Below are positions 25,706 through 38,757 of a stretch of DNA of 64,000 nucleotides, piece by piece. This DNA comes from Macrostomum lignano. Lineage: Eukaryota. Under the pieces are notes generated by a model, which was not told the origin of the DNA, did not search any database, and saw only the letters and a program-made list of their open reading frames with translations. The first letter of the stretch is position 1, and each line of letters begins with the position of its first letter. The translations under genes were made by a program, and so were the position numbers. The DNA is taken from the NCBI GenBank assembly GCA_002269645.1, contig NIVC01000418.1, positions 1 through 64,000 on the forward strand, in the 5' to 3' direction.

Positions 25706-26503
25706 GTCTATCTATCTATCTATCGATCTAATCTATTTCTAACTAAAACTTACCTGCCTCAGGTGACGCCCGACCGCCTGCAATCCGACGTGATGCCTCC
25801 CTTTCTGTCATCGGTGCCTCGTGGCGTCCACCGTCGCCGAGCAGTTCGCCAGCTGCTCAACCAGCTGGAGCGCCTGCAGGCGTGGTTCGAGCGCCAGACC
25901 CTGTACCATTTCTACGCCAGCTCCGTGCTGCTGGCGGTGGAGTCCTGCCCGGCTGCTCTGGACGATGTGTCGTCCGAGGCTTCGTCTCTTGACGATAGCG
26001 GCTCGCCAGAGATTCCAGCGTCGCCGCAACCGCAACTGTACGGAGAGACCAATGCCACGGACCCTTCAGCGTCGCCTGCAGCCGGTAACAAAGACTCATG
26101 TTCGTCAGGAATCCAAGAGTGTGAAAGTGCTGCAGGTAACAAAGACTCATGTTCGTCAGGAATCCAAGAGTCTGATGGTGCTGCAGGTAACAAAGACCCG
26201 CAGTTATCGGCTCATGCACAAAGGCATGACATTGATGAACTGTCAGCGGATGAGGCACCGGAAGCGCCGCCAAAGGTCCAGTTTGCATCTTCCCCTCAGT
26301 CGCAGTCTTCCATAGACCCGTCGCTAAACTCCGAGTCCACCTCGCGCTACTCAAACGCTAATAATTGCGGCAGGGCGCCAATTGCGCTAGCGGCTATGAT
26401 CGATTTTACGCACGCGGTGCCTGGCAACGGTTGCCTTGACAACAATTATCTGGTTGGATTGCGCAGTCTTATTGAACTTCTGCGCAATTATCAGTTTGAT
26501 TAA
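24412..26503 (+). CDS. IPMK: Inositol polyphosphate multikinase
   Basis: Exons 24412-24496 (HQVAGH), probable 30-nt microexon 24589-24618, 25200-25617 (PSVMDLKMG = PxxxDxKxG), 25763-26503 (YASSVLL = SSLL motif, MIDFTH). Splicing out 25618-25762 needs one extra base near 25600 to stay in frame. Confidence 0.9.
25633..25725. repeat. (TCTG)n/(TCTA)n in an IPMK intron
   Basis: Direct reading. Confidence 0.9.
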
Positions 26504-28565
26504 TTAGAACAAGAGTGTTTATCACGTTCCGGTGTGACAAACAGAAATCTTCAACTAATTTTTGTTTCAGTCTAAGTTTCTAATTAACTTGAATACCACC
26601 TGCATTCAAGGCATGCTTATTCCGCTGAATAACTTCTAAGCTTGTATGAAGTAAACGTTGTATTTTAAATGTTTTAATTAACATTGTCACCGTGTTAATC
26701 TAGCTCGAGAAGTTATAATATTTTTGCTTACATTTCCTGACAAATGAAGCATTTCTTTTACCTGCTGTGCAACTTTTTGTCAGCCGTATTGTTTAGTCAA
26801 TTCCTCCGCGTCTGCACAGCTTATTTAATTGGAATCTTTTCGGGATATTTAAATTGGCGCCAAAAATTACGTGATAATAACGAATCAGACGACTACAACT
26901 AAATTCTATTATAAATTTCGATATAATTTTTAGATTCATTTTGACGCCAATTTAAATTTTTAACAAAATTTATAGAAGTCACTTTTTATTAACTACAGGG
27001 AGAGCTAACCCCCCCCCCACAAAACCCAAGTTTTAGCTGTCCATGACTGTAACTTTTACGAGGGTCATCACAAACGACTGAAATGAATATTTCTCAGCAA
27101 TCTTAACAAATACACAGAACTTTCGGGATGACACTCGCATGGCGGACTGTCTTTGTCAATTCCACTAAGAGTGCATGCCATCCTTGATGCTTTTGTAGTC
27201 TCTTCTCTCGTGTCAGAAATATATTATATTATCAAAGTTATTTTTCAGTAAGTATTTTCACATATTTAATCCAGTTTTTTTATAAATATTCAGAAAAATG
27301 AATAAATTTCTTAGCCAAAGAACTGCACTTAACGTTTGTTTTAATTCAAACTGTTCCATTTTGTTATACTGGCTTTATTACAAAACGTCTGCTTGCTTTA
27401 TTTGAATTTGGTACGACAAGAAGCACGGCATGCCAATGATGTAACAGAGCCAACTTCTATTCTATGTTGCATGTAATTTTCCCGAAGTTCATTAAACGCT
27501 ATCCTAACCCTGTATATTCAGGCGCTTTATCCCTATGACTCATCGGATGACTCATCCCTGCGTCCACCCCACTCCTTCCCCCAAACTCAACCTCCGCTTC
27601 CTTTTTTAGCAATCAATGAATGGAAACGCACCAAATGAACCCCTTTCCCAATCTTCCCCATTCCCTTACTCTCGTATTAACCAATCACGGTATGGGTACG
27701 CGGCTAGGCAGGTGACGTCACTCGGTTGCTTAGCGACGCCTGTCAAGGGCAGTTCAAGGTCGTGTGCATCACGAGTCACGCGCATGGGACGTGATACCAG
27801 CTCTACATAAGCAGCTCGTTTTCCCGCCATTTAAGTAGCCGGTTCACTCACCCACCCCACTGTCTCTTGCTCGGACTCTCTTCTGGGTCGTGAACTCGGA
27901 CTCACCCACCCTGAACAATCATAATAAGTTTACCCACAATATTAAATCGACCCACAAGCTCACCTTTAATCCTCCTTTAGACATTTCATCAAATCCCAAT
28001 CACTGGAATCACAATCCTTCTTGCCGTTACAGTAAATGTACATGTAATTTCTCACTTACCCTTGTGTACACCTGCTCCACATAAGCTGCAATAAGCAGCG
28101 GGTTTTTACAAGATTGAAAGTACATTTTATTAGGTATTGTAAGTTCTATTTTTAGCAACATTCCCAACGGAAAATCTACTTGCGTACTTGCGTAGAAAAG
28201 TCTCTGCCAGACTACTAAACGATAAGTGACAGTAGGCTAGTTAGGAAAGTATCGTGATTAATACGCTCTTAAGTGAAACAGTAGGTCACTAAAATAGCCG
28301 CTGTGAAAATTAACAAAAATTTATATAGATATACAAGACGATGGTGATCACACAAATGTTTACACAAATTAGTTTACGTGTTTAAACCGTTGACACGAGT
28401 CACGCAAATACCCACGCGTGGTTTGCAAGATTTATTTGATAAATTTTAAAGGAATGGCCCAGAAATATTTGTGCCAAATAGATTAAACTGACAGGCAATA
28501 AAAGCACTTTCTTAGAATTGTGAGTCATCAGCTGATGGAGGTCAAGAGTTATGCAAAGCTGCATC

Positions 28566-28888
28566 TCAGCCGTTCGATCTGACGTTGCCCTCCTGACCGG
28601 CCTCTGCAAGTCAGCGGTGTGAAATTGTCTCAGTCAGGTGCAGCCAAAAACAGGAAATCTAAAAGCAGAAATGCTCAAAGCAGCAGTGAGTCACTCACCT
28701 CTGACCCGCTCTATCAGGTCCGGATTGGTGATGACGCAGCTGATGCTGGGCTGCACGAGAACCCTGGCTGAGGCGCCGACCATTCGGCGTAGCATCGCCT
28801 TCGACTCTTCGCTCTCGCCCTTGTAATAGAAGAATCTGAACGGGTCCTTGGCGACTGGCCTGGCGGATCTGGCTTGCTGGCTGGACAT
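28566..28888 (-). CDS. Unrecognised 75-aa small protein, cluster copy 1
   Basis: Exon 1 28888-28699, 95-nt GT-AG intron, exon 2 28603-28566: MSSQQARSARPVAKDPFRFFYYKGESEESKAMLRRMVGASARVLVQPSISCVITNPDLIERVREAGQEGNVRSNG*. Frame, splice sites and stop are conserved with the other copies. Confidence 0.65.
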
Positions 28889-29387
28889 TGCTAGCGGTTG
28901 AACTGAGGATAATTAGTGCTTAAAACAGTGCGCTCTGCTTAGACTTGCTTTTGGCAGCAGAATCTTCTATATATATATATATATATACATGTGTACAGTA
29001 GAGCCCAGTTGATGAAACCAGGCAGAATTCTTTGGGATACCCTCTTATATGCTATTATGAGTCATATTCAAGGTTAGTGTTCTGTTTTTAAGCATAATGT
29101 GCAGTCTTAGCAGTCTACCCCATCGAGCTTTGTATGGAATTTCTCGGAGCATACTGCTCGCTGCTCGTTCTAAATTTTACTTTCTAATTTTGGTAGCTCG
29201 GCTATTGTGAACAGGGGTAATCTTCCCGCCCCCATGAGTTTGGCTGCAATAAAATTCTGCAAGACTTCCAGCAGACTTGAATAGTTCGACAAAAATATCG
29301 GCTACTGGTTCGAGCTTCGATTTATGAAATTAACCCTTGAACTTATTCTTCCGCACACAGAAATGAACTTCCTGACTAAAGTTTGTT

Positions 29388-29985
29388 CGCTCAGAGATTG
29401 CTTGAGACCATCTGCTCAGAGATTGCTTGAGACCGTCTGGTCAGAGATTGCTTGAGACCGTCTGCTCAGAGATTGCTTGAGACCATCTGCTCAGAGATTG
29501 CTTGAGACCGTCTGCTCAGAGATTGCTTGAGACCGTCTGCTCAGAGATTGCTTGAGACCATCTGCTCAGAGATTGCTTGAGACCGTCTGCTCAGAGATTG
29601 CGTGAGACCATCTGCTCAGAGATTGCTTGAGACCGTCTGGTCAGAGATTGCTTGAGACCGTCTGCTCAGAGATTGCTTGAGACCGTCTGCTCAGAGATTG
29701 CTTGAGACCGTCTGGTCAGAGATTGCTTGAGACCGTCTGCTCAGAGATTGCTTGAGACCGTCTGCTCAGAGATTGCTTGAGACCGTCTGGTCAGAGATTG
29801 CTTGAGACCATCTGCTCACAGATTGCTTGAGACCGTCTGCTCAGAGATTGTGTGAGACCATCTGCTCAGAGATTGCTTGAGACCGTCTGGTCAGAGATTG
29901 CTTGAGACCGTCTGCTCAGAGATTGCTTGAGACCGTCTGCTCAGAGATTGCTTGAGACCGTCTGGTCAGAGATTGCTTGAGACTC
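29388..29985. repeat. 25-bp minisatellite
   Basis: (AGAGATTGCTTGAGACCGTCTGCTC)n. Confidence 0.93.
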
Positions 29986-31201
29986 AGCGACTGACTCACT
30001 GTGACAGCCTTTCCTACAGTGCTTCTGCATCACCGCAACTCCTCTCTGTAGCGCGGTAAGAGGCCGGCGGGAAAGTCCAATGCTGGTACTTCTTCCTCCC
30101 AAGCAAAGTTCCTGATGTCGCGAGGACACAATACTTCCTGCTGGCTGTTGGCTGAGGACAAATTGCGACTTGGCGAGCAACAACCAAATCGCCACGCTAC
30201 ACCTGGCAGTGAGAAGGAGGAAGTCGCTATGTAGGTTCCGGACGGGAATGAGCAGCCTATGAATGACCAACAGGAAGCTGGGCTTGCACCGCGCTGGAGA
30301 GCGGCGTGCACCTGATTGTTTTGCGCCATGATCTGTTAGTGTTCAATTAATTGTATTGGAGTTCTAACTGACAAGGCACTTTGATGGCTTTGTTTATTCG
30401 CATTCCATGACCTTCACTTGATAATTTCTTCTTACATGCACAACTCCTCTCTTATCGAAAAGGGGACATGTTATGCAGTGCGATCCTGAAGTTGGTATCG
30501 TAGAAATCAGTGTCGTATATCAGTCGTAGTCCGTTCATTGCTTTTTGTTCTTACTAGCAAAAGCAATGCTTCATCAAGGCATTGATCACTTTTACTACAG
30601 CTTCAAACGGCACTCAACCAAAAATGTCCTAGAAATTTCCTATCAAGAATCCAGCACAGGCTCAGTCCCAGTTTATATTAGCAACCATCAAGCGGCCTGA
30701 GAAACGAGGAGGACTGCGAGATCAAAGATACCTTACGAGAACAGGACCTCTTGAAAGTGCCATGTGCAGGGTATACAGAGATAAATTCTAAGTTGAATTT
30801 TAAAACACTTACCGTCACTCAAGGAGAAGACGATAGAGACATACGAGCAATGGAATTTCTAGCAAAATTAATCAGAGACATAAATGCAACTGGTCTCAAG
30901 AGCTTCATATTGGCTTCAGAAATTAGCGCAAGATTTATATTTTTTATTTATTAGACTTCCTGCATTTATACGAAGTGTTTTTCTTTCATTAAAAATATCA
31001 AATATATAATTTTATCTAAACAGCACCAAAAGAAATTCTAGTGTAGTGAGGTACTGAATTCGCTCAAGATTTCTCTTAGCAGACAGACAAAAACGCTTTT
31101 TTAAGCTTTTAAGCTTAACTTGGCTCCTCCATCCGAAGCTGTCACTTATATAAACAGGCATGACGTCATCAAATCTCGAGCTGTCCTGACACTCCAGTCG
31201 C

Positions 31202-31517
31202 TCAGCCGCTCGACCTGTCGTTGCCTTTCTGATTGGACTCTGAAAGTCAAAGTCAAAGGACTCTGTGAAATTTTCTCAGTCACGTGCAACCAAAAGAGGA
31301 AATGTGAAAGCAGAAATGCTCAAAGCAACAGCAGTGAGTCACTCACCTCTGACCCGCTCCATCAGGTCCGGATTGGTGATGACGCAGCTGATGCTGGGCT
31401 GCACGAGAACCCTGGCTGAGGCGCCGACCATTCGGCGTAGCATCGCCTTCGACTCTTCGCTCTCGCCCTTGTAGTAGAAGAACCTGAACGGGTCCTTGGC
31501 GACTGGCCTGGCGGATC
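31202..31517 (-). pseudogene. Small-protein cluster copy 2; 5' end replaced, no in-frame ATG at the homologous position
   Basis: Homology to the other copies starts at ~31517 (SARPVAKDPF...); donor at 31346; exon 2 31239-31202 (ESNQKGNDRSSG*) is intact. Confidence 0.5.
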
Positions 31518-31987
31518 CGATAAGGACTGCGAGACCATAAGGATCCTTACTTGAACAGGGCCAGCTCAAAGTGCCATTTGGGAGTAGAAAGTGAAGTTCA
31601 CTTCCTGCTCAAGTGTAATTGGAACTCCCCGTGATAAACTCGAACAGATCAAAGAGAATAAAGTATTGTACTCGTGAAGACGTAATGAAAATTCTAACAA
31701 AACTCTTTGATTTAATAGCTTTTTTATTTATATTTTTCTTTCATTTTCTAATGCTTAATATTAGTTCGAAAGAATCATAAATTATACACATATGCAAGCA
31801 TAAAATATCTATACAACACAGAAAGCAATCATAGTGTGTAGTGAGATGTTAAATTTGCTCAAAATTTGCCTGAGCAGACAAGCAATGAACACTGGTCTAA
31901 AAGCTGAACACTTGGTTCCTCAATCCGAAGCTGTCACTCATAAATAGACATGCGTAATATCTCGAGCTATCCTGACACTCCAGTCGC

Positions 31988-32304
31988 TCAGCCGCTCGAC
32001 CTGCTGTTGCCCTTCTGTCAGACTCTGCAAGTCAGTGAAATTGCCTCAGTAAGGTTGCAACCCAAAAAGGAAATCTGAAAGCAGAAATGCTCAAAGCAGC
32101 AGTGAGTCACTCACCTCTGACCCGCTCCATCAGGTCCGGATTGGTGATGACGCAGCTGATGCTGGGCTGCACGAGAACCCTGGCTGAGGCGCCGACCATT
32201 CGGCGTAGCATCGCCTTCGACTCTTCGCTCTCGCCCTTGTAGTAGAAGAACCTGAACGGGTCCTTGGCGACTGGCCTGGCGGATCTGGCTTGCTGGCTGG
32301 ACAT
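31988..32304 (-). CDS. Small-protein cluster copy 3; 1-bp deletion in exon 2
   Basis: Exon 1 32304-32115 encodes the same peptide as copies 4 and 6. Exon 2 starts at 32024 and reads AGTCTGAC-AGAAGG versus AGTCTGACCAGAAGG in copies 4/6, so the usual stop is out of frame. Confidence 0.55.
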
Positions 32305-32604
32305 TGTTAGCGATTTGAGTTGCTGCAACACTTGCTGCTTCTTGAAGAGTATGATTCTTCAGTTTTCTGATGAGAGTTCAAAGTCGTGAACTCAGTTTAT
32401 TTATGCTGAAGCGATGGCGAGTCTTGGGCCGCACCTCGGCAAAACCCGCGAATTTCGCAATGTGTGGGCGAGGGAATTCCGTGGGCGCGAAGTAGCTAAA
32501 AATAGAAACAGCTGTAATGACTAACCGTGGCAAATTTTTCGCTCTGCAATTTTCGCTTTCATTCAGCGAAACTCATGAATAAACCAAGAGATATGCAAGG
32601 TTCG

Positions 32605-33121
<517 letters not shown>

Positions 33122-33535
33122 GGAGACTTACCTTCACACGAGCGCAGTTAACTAAATGCGCACTTCCTTACAGCCTTCCTGTGGGTGAATACGAGCTCTG
33201 TGCATGGAGCAGGGGTTTGGGGTGCCCCAACTTAAAATCCAAGCTGATGCGTTGCAATGAGTCAGACGAAAGTTTCCAATGCTACATTTCCAGATGTCTC
33301 TCGATACAACAAGTCGAACTACGTAGCTATTTTGAGCAATTATGCAGCAAAGAGATCTTAGCAACGATTCAACAGAGCATGTAGCCATTTATTATAGGCA
33401 CAGTAAGCATGTGGATAATCGAAACATTTATTGATACGCGCATCTCAGAGATTGCAAGCAGCTAGCAAGGTGTTGTCTGGTGATAAGAAATTCTGTAGCT
33501 GACTCGCTTGAATGCTGCTAGTAGGGACTGAACCA

Positions 33536-33898
33536 GTGCCAGTCACTCCGATCTCAATCTACAGTCAGTGAAAGTGACTCCGATCTCAATCTACAGTCAG
33601 TGCCAGTCACTCCAATCTCATTCTAAAGTCATTGCGAGCCACTCCGATCTCAATCTACAGTCAGTGCCAGTCACTCTGATCTCAATCTACAGTCAGTGCC
33701 AGTCACTCCAATCTCAATCTATAGTCAGTTCCAGTCACTCCGATCTCAATCTATAGTCAGTGCCAGTCACTCCAATCTCAATCTATAGTCAGTGCGAGCC
33801 ACTCCGATCTCAATCTACAGTCAGTGCCAGTCACTCCAATCTCAATCTACAGTCAGTGCCAGTCACTCGGATCTCAATCTACAGTAAGTGCCAGTGAC
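33536..33898 (+). repeat. 32-bp minisatellite
   Basis: CAGTCACTCCGATCTCAATCTACAGTCAGTGC; same family inverted at 39963-41472. Confidence 0.92.
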
Positions 33899-34221
33899 TT
33901 CGCCAATTATTTTTTTTCACTACAAGCTAAAACTTTTAGAAAGTATTTTAGAATAACGGACTTGTTGCCAAGAAAGCAAAAAGAAGAAATTATTGACGTA
34001 TTGAAAATCCAATACTGCAATAAAAGCAATGTTACCCAGGCCAAGGAATTTATTGTTCATACATTTTATAAGCAGAGATGAGTCCGAGTCTGTACAGAGC
34101 AGTGCTCAGCTCGAGCAGAGAAAGCATTTATTTGACTCAATGCGTTTCAATTGTAAGCTATTGTCATTTGAAATCTATGCACAAAAAGGCATGACATCAT
34201 ATAAGGGATGTCCTCCGGCGC

Positions 34222-34544
34222 TCAGCCGCTCGACCTGACGTTGCCCTTCTGGTCAGACTCTGCAAGTCAGCGGTGTGAAATTGTCTCAGTCAGGTGCAGC
34301 CAAAAACAGGAAATCTAAAAGCAGAAATGCTCAAAGCAGCTGTGAGTCACTCACCTCTGACCCGCTCCATCAGGTCCGGATTGGTGATGACGCAGCTGAT
34401 GCTGGGCTGCACGAGAACCCTGGCTGAGGCGCCGACCATTCGGCGTAGCATCGCCTTCGACTCTTCGCTCTCGCCCTTGTAGTAGAAGAACCTGAACGGG
34501 TCCTTGGCGACTGGCCTGGCGGATCTGGCTTGCTGGCTGGACAT
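34222..34544 (-). CDS. Small-protein cluster copy 4 (75 aa)
   Basis: Same 323-bp span and two-exon structure as copy 1; C-terminus ESDQKGNVRSSG*. Confidence 0.65.
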
Positions 34545-35067
34545 TGTTGACGGTGGCTTGTAAATTAATTTGCGGTGGCTTTGAATTGAAGCTTCTGAGT
34601 CTTCTGGAGCTGGTTCATGGATTTACAGTCGGTGGGAGATCTCGTATTTATAAGCATTTCCCTTATTAGGTTCTACCGCGTAAAAGCCTGCATGTTCTGC
34701 AAGAGCAGAGTAATTTTAGCAATTACGACTCGTAATTGCTAAAAATAGCATCCTAAGGGTTCCCCGGTGTACACTGCATAGAATGTACACTCCGCCCTCA
34801 GAGCTGGGTTACAGGGTACGACCTACTGAAAACTATCGTGTACTACCTTGTAGTAGATATAGCTATGGCGAAAATTTTATTTTTATGCATTAATTGACTG
34901 GGTAGCGACTTTTCTGACTGGGTACGATTTTTTAGTAAACATTTAGGCTGTTGCAATAGTAACGAGAATGTTTTTGCAATATTCAGTATTTTATATAGCT
35001 TATGAGTGCTTTCTCCTTGATTAACCAATTCTTGCACGAAGTTCACGCGCTGCATTTTGTTGAATAG

Positions 35068-35790
35068 TCTCTGAGGTCACTCTGTTTTTCATGGGGTAGA
35101 CTCTGAGGTCACTCTCTGTGTTTCATGGGATAGACTCTAAGGTCACTCTCTTTGTTTCATGGGATAGTCTCTGAGGTCACTCTCTGTATTTCATGGGATA
35201 GATTCTAAGGTCACTCTCTTTGTTTCATGGGATAGACTCTGAGGTCACTCTCTGTGTTTCATGGGATGGTCTCTGAGGTCACTCTGTTTTTCATGGGGTA
35301 GACTCTGAGGTCACTCTCTGTGCTTCATAGGGTAGACTCTGAGGTCACTCTGTGTTTCATGGGGTAGACTCTGAGTTCACTCTGTGTTTCATGGGGTAGA
35401 CTCTGAGGTCACTCTGTGTTTCATGGGGTAGACTCTGAGGTCACTCTGTGTTTCATGGGGTAGACTCTGAGGTCACTCTCTTTGTTTCATGGGGTAGATT
35501 CTGAGGTCACTCTCTGTGTTTCATGGGGTAGACTCTGAGGTCACTCTGTGTTTCATGGGGTAGACTCTGAGGTCACTCTCTTTGTTTCATGGGGTAGATT
35601 CTGAGGTCACTCTCTGTGTTTCATGGGGTAGACTCTGAGGTCACTCTCTGTGCTTCATGGGGTAGATTCTGAGGTCACTCTCTGTGTTTCATGGGGTAGA
35701 CTCTGAGTTCACTCTCTTTGTTTCATGGGATAGTCTCTGAGGTCACTCTCTGTGTTTCATTGGATAGTCTCTGAGGTCACTCTCTGTGTT
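35068..35790. repeat. 32-34-bp minisatellite
   Basis: CTCTGAGGTCACTCT(CT)GTGTTTCATGGGGTAGA. Confidence 0.92.
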
Positions 35791-36046
35791 TCGTGGGATC
35801 GACTCATGGGATAATGATGGTGCATTTTCATATTTACTAATCAATATTTCTATACAAAACGCGGTATTACCTTCGTCAGAAGCGCGAATAAGTGGTACTA
35901 CTGCGTTAGTGTTATAGTGCACTGGTAAACCCACGTCTGGAAAGCGTAAGGTCTAAAAATAGAACCAGGAAGTACCCTGTGAGGTCAGTAGCAGCTGGCG
36001 ACAGTTCTACACCAAATTCTTGTGTTTTAAATAGCCTTGGTTATCT

Positions 36047-36950
36047 GCTGAAGGGTTTGAAGGTCTCCTGATAAAGGGTTTGAAGGTCTCCTGATGAAGG
36101 GTTTGAAGGTTTCATTATGAATGGTTTGAAGGTCTCCTGATAAAGGGTTTGAACGTCTCCTGATAAAGGATTTGAAGGTCTCCTGATGAAGGGTTTGAAG
36201 GTTTCATGATGAAGGGTTTGAAAGTCTCCTGATGAAGGGTTTGAAGGTTTCATGATGAAGGGTTTGAAGGTTTCATGATAAAGGGTTTGAAGGTTTCATG
36301 ATAAAGGGTTTGAATGTCTCCTGGTGAAGGGTTTGAAGGTTTCATGATAAAGGGTTTGAATGTCTCCTGATGAAGGGTTTGAAGGTCTCCTGATGAAGGG
36401 TTTGAAGGTTTCATGATGAAGGGTTTGAAGGTCTCCCGATGAAGGGCTTGAAGGTTTAATGATGAAGGGTTTGAAAGTCTCCTGATGAAGGGTTTGAAGG
36501 TTTCATGATAAAGGCTTTGAAGGTCTCCTGATGAAGGGCTTGAAAGTTTCATTATGAAGGATTTGAAGGTTTCATGATGAAGGATTTGAAGGTTTCATGA
36601 TGAAGGATTTGAAGGTTTCATGATGAAGGGTTTGAAGGTTTCATGATGAAGGATTTGAAGGTTTCATGATGAAGGGTTTGAAGGTTTCATGATGAAGGGC
36701 TTGAGGGTTTCATGATGAAGGGCTTGAAGGTTTCATGATGAATGGCTTGAAGGTTTCATGATGAAGGGCTTGAAGGTTTCATGATGAAGGGCTTGAAGGT
36801 TTCATGATGAAGGATTTGAAGGTTTCATTATGAAGGGCTTGAAGGTTTCATGATGAAGGGCTTGAAGGTTTCATGATGAAGGGCTTGAAGGTTTCATGAT
36901 GAAGGATTTGAAAGTTTCATGATGAAGGGTTTGAAAGTCTCCTGGTCCGA
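36047..36950. repeat. 23-bp minisatellite
   Basis: (GAAGGGTTTGAAGGTTTCATGAT)n. Confidence 0.93.
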
Positions 36951-37477
36951 ATGGTCTGAGTTCACCTCAGGAAATTCCTGAAGGGCTATCTGTGAATCCT
37001 AAAGTCTGGGTTGGAAGTGCTTTAGCCCACACTTACCAAGAATTTCGAATTTATAAAATGATGTCATAACTAACACAGCCAGCTCATAGAGTACTTGGCT
37101 TTGAAAAAATTGCTTTAAAAGTTGTTATAGTTTGTTTCTTAAAGAAAAACTACTGGTCCGTTTACAGCAAAAAGCACGAGCCCTCAAAGCACAAGTTCTA
37201 TCTGACTTAAAATGTCAGCATCGTCTTTGAGCCTCGGCATCTCAGTTATTAGAAACATATAAAGCCTATAGTGCACTTCAATGGCCTTAACGAGAAGCCG
37301 CTAAGCTGATAGCATTCCTACAAGGCAGTAGCCATTTCTGGATTGGATCATAGCCAAAAATAAAATAAGGACTAAGTACTACCTTGTACCATAAGGCTGT
37401 AGATACGAGCATTGCAATGATCCACGGTGTGCTAAAAATAGAACAGGGTATTACCTAGTAATATACACAGGGTGCTG

Positions 37478-37685
<208 letters not shown>

Positions 37686-37971
37686 TGAATTTATAAAGAC
37701 ACTTTATTATCTCAATGCAACAGCAAGACTGCAAGGCCAGACTCTACAAGGCAGTGCCCTGTTTCTCCCCAAGCCGAGTGAATTGTGTTCGCCCCAACAC
37801 GGCACCGGCGTCACTCACCGAAATGAGGTCTCAGATAGCGCACAGTGGGACCAGAATACGAGGTAGTGCCCAGTTTCAAGTGGGTTCAATACGCACTGCA
37901 GCTGCCTGGGCCAAGAAGCTTAGACAGTCGTTCGTTAGTTCGCTGTTCACGCCCTGACGAAGGACAGCAGA

Positions 37972-38479
37972 ATGGCTGGTAAGCAACCACGCGATCCGTT
38001 CAAAGATTTCTATATGCCAGGTGAAAGCGAGGAGTCCAAGGAGGAGCTCAGGAGAAATACTGCAGCAACTGCTACTCAACTGGTTCAGCCTACGCCGTCT
38101 GCAATTTTTACTAATCCTGAGCTCATTGCCAAGATTGATGCAGGTAGAATGCGTTGGTTTCCATTCTGTCCTGTCCTGTCCTGTCCTGTCCTGTCCTCTC
38201 CTGTCCTGTCCTGTCCTGTCCTGTCCTGTCCTGTCCTGTCCTGTCCTCTCCTGTCCTGTCCTGTCCTGTCCTCTCCTGTCCTCTCCTGTCCTGTCCTCTC
38301 CTGTCCTGTCTTGTCCTGATATAATCCGTTCATTTTTGCACAGATCGACGTACCAAGAAACAATCAAACTTATTTCAGCAAAGAAGGAGAAAGCAGAGCA
38401 AGAGAAGCAACAGCAGGAGCAGACTAAGCCAAAAGACTCAACCGGAAGTAGTGGGAGCTCCTCTGGCAAAACAGATTGA
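37972..38479 (+). CDS. Diverged small-protein paralog, copy 5 (~90 aa)
   Basis: Exon 1 37972-38143 MAGKQPRDPFKDFYMPGESEESKEELRRNTAATATQLVQPTPSAIFTNPELIAKIDA; phase-1 intron containing (CTGTC)n; probable exon 2 38379-38479 AKKEKAEQEKQQQEQTKPKDSTGSSGSSSGKTD*. Confidence 0.6.
38165..38317. repeat. (CTGTC)n in the intron of small-protein copy 5
   Basis: Direct reading. Confidence 0.93.
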
Positions 38480-38757
38480 TGATTCGAGCGGTCCACAAAT
38501 ACTGACATCAAGCCTTATGGCTCACATCCTTTGCTGAATAATATTTGATCTACCATTTAATTCAATTTGGTGAATTCAAGAAGTCCAGATAATTTTTTGT
38601 GCTTTTTCTTAATTAGCGACCAAATTTTGCATGCAATTTTCACCGAATACAAACTGTGCAAATCTGCTTTAGAATGTTTCCAATTTGACAGACAAAGCAA
38701 AAAGGAATTATTTGTGATTAAGGGGCCAACAAGCACCTCTGTGAATCTAAGAATCAT

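Noticed and set aside
25618-25762. In-frame read-through of the (TCTG)n segment as part of IPMK
   Set aside because: It has GT-AG ends and is repeat-filled, and the kinase alignment reads better with it removed plus one restored base; treated as an intron.
29990-30330. GC-richer short ORFs beside the 25-bp array, with a donor-like GTGAGT
   Set aside because: No consistent multi-exon frame or recognisable motif could be built.
32370-32496. Upstream reading frame PTEFPRxHIAKxAGFxEVxPKTRHRFSIN shared with 39134-39220, with several synonymous differences
   Set aside because: Indels on both sides break the frame between the two copies (TAA directly upstream in copy 6) and no start was found; too short to separate from chance. 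Worth rechecking if those indels prove to be errors.
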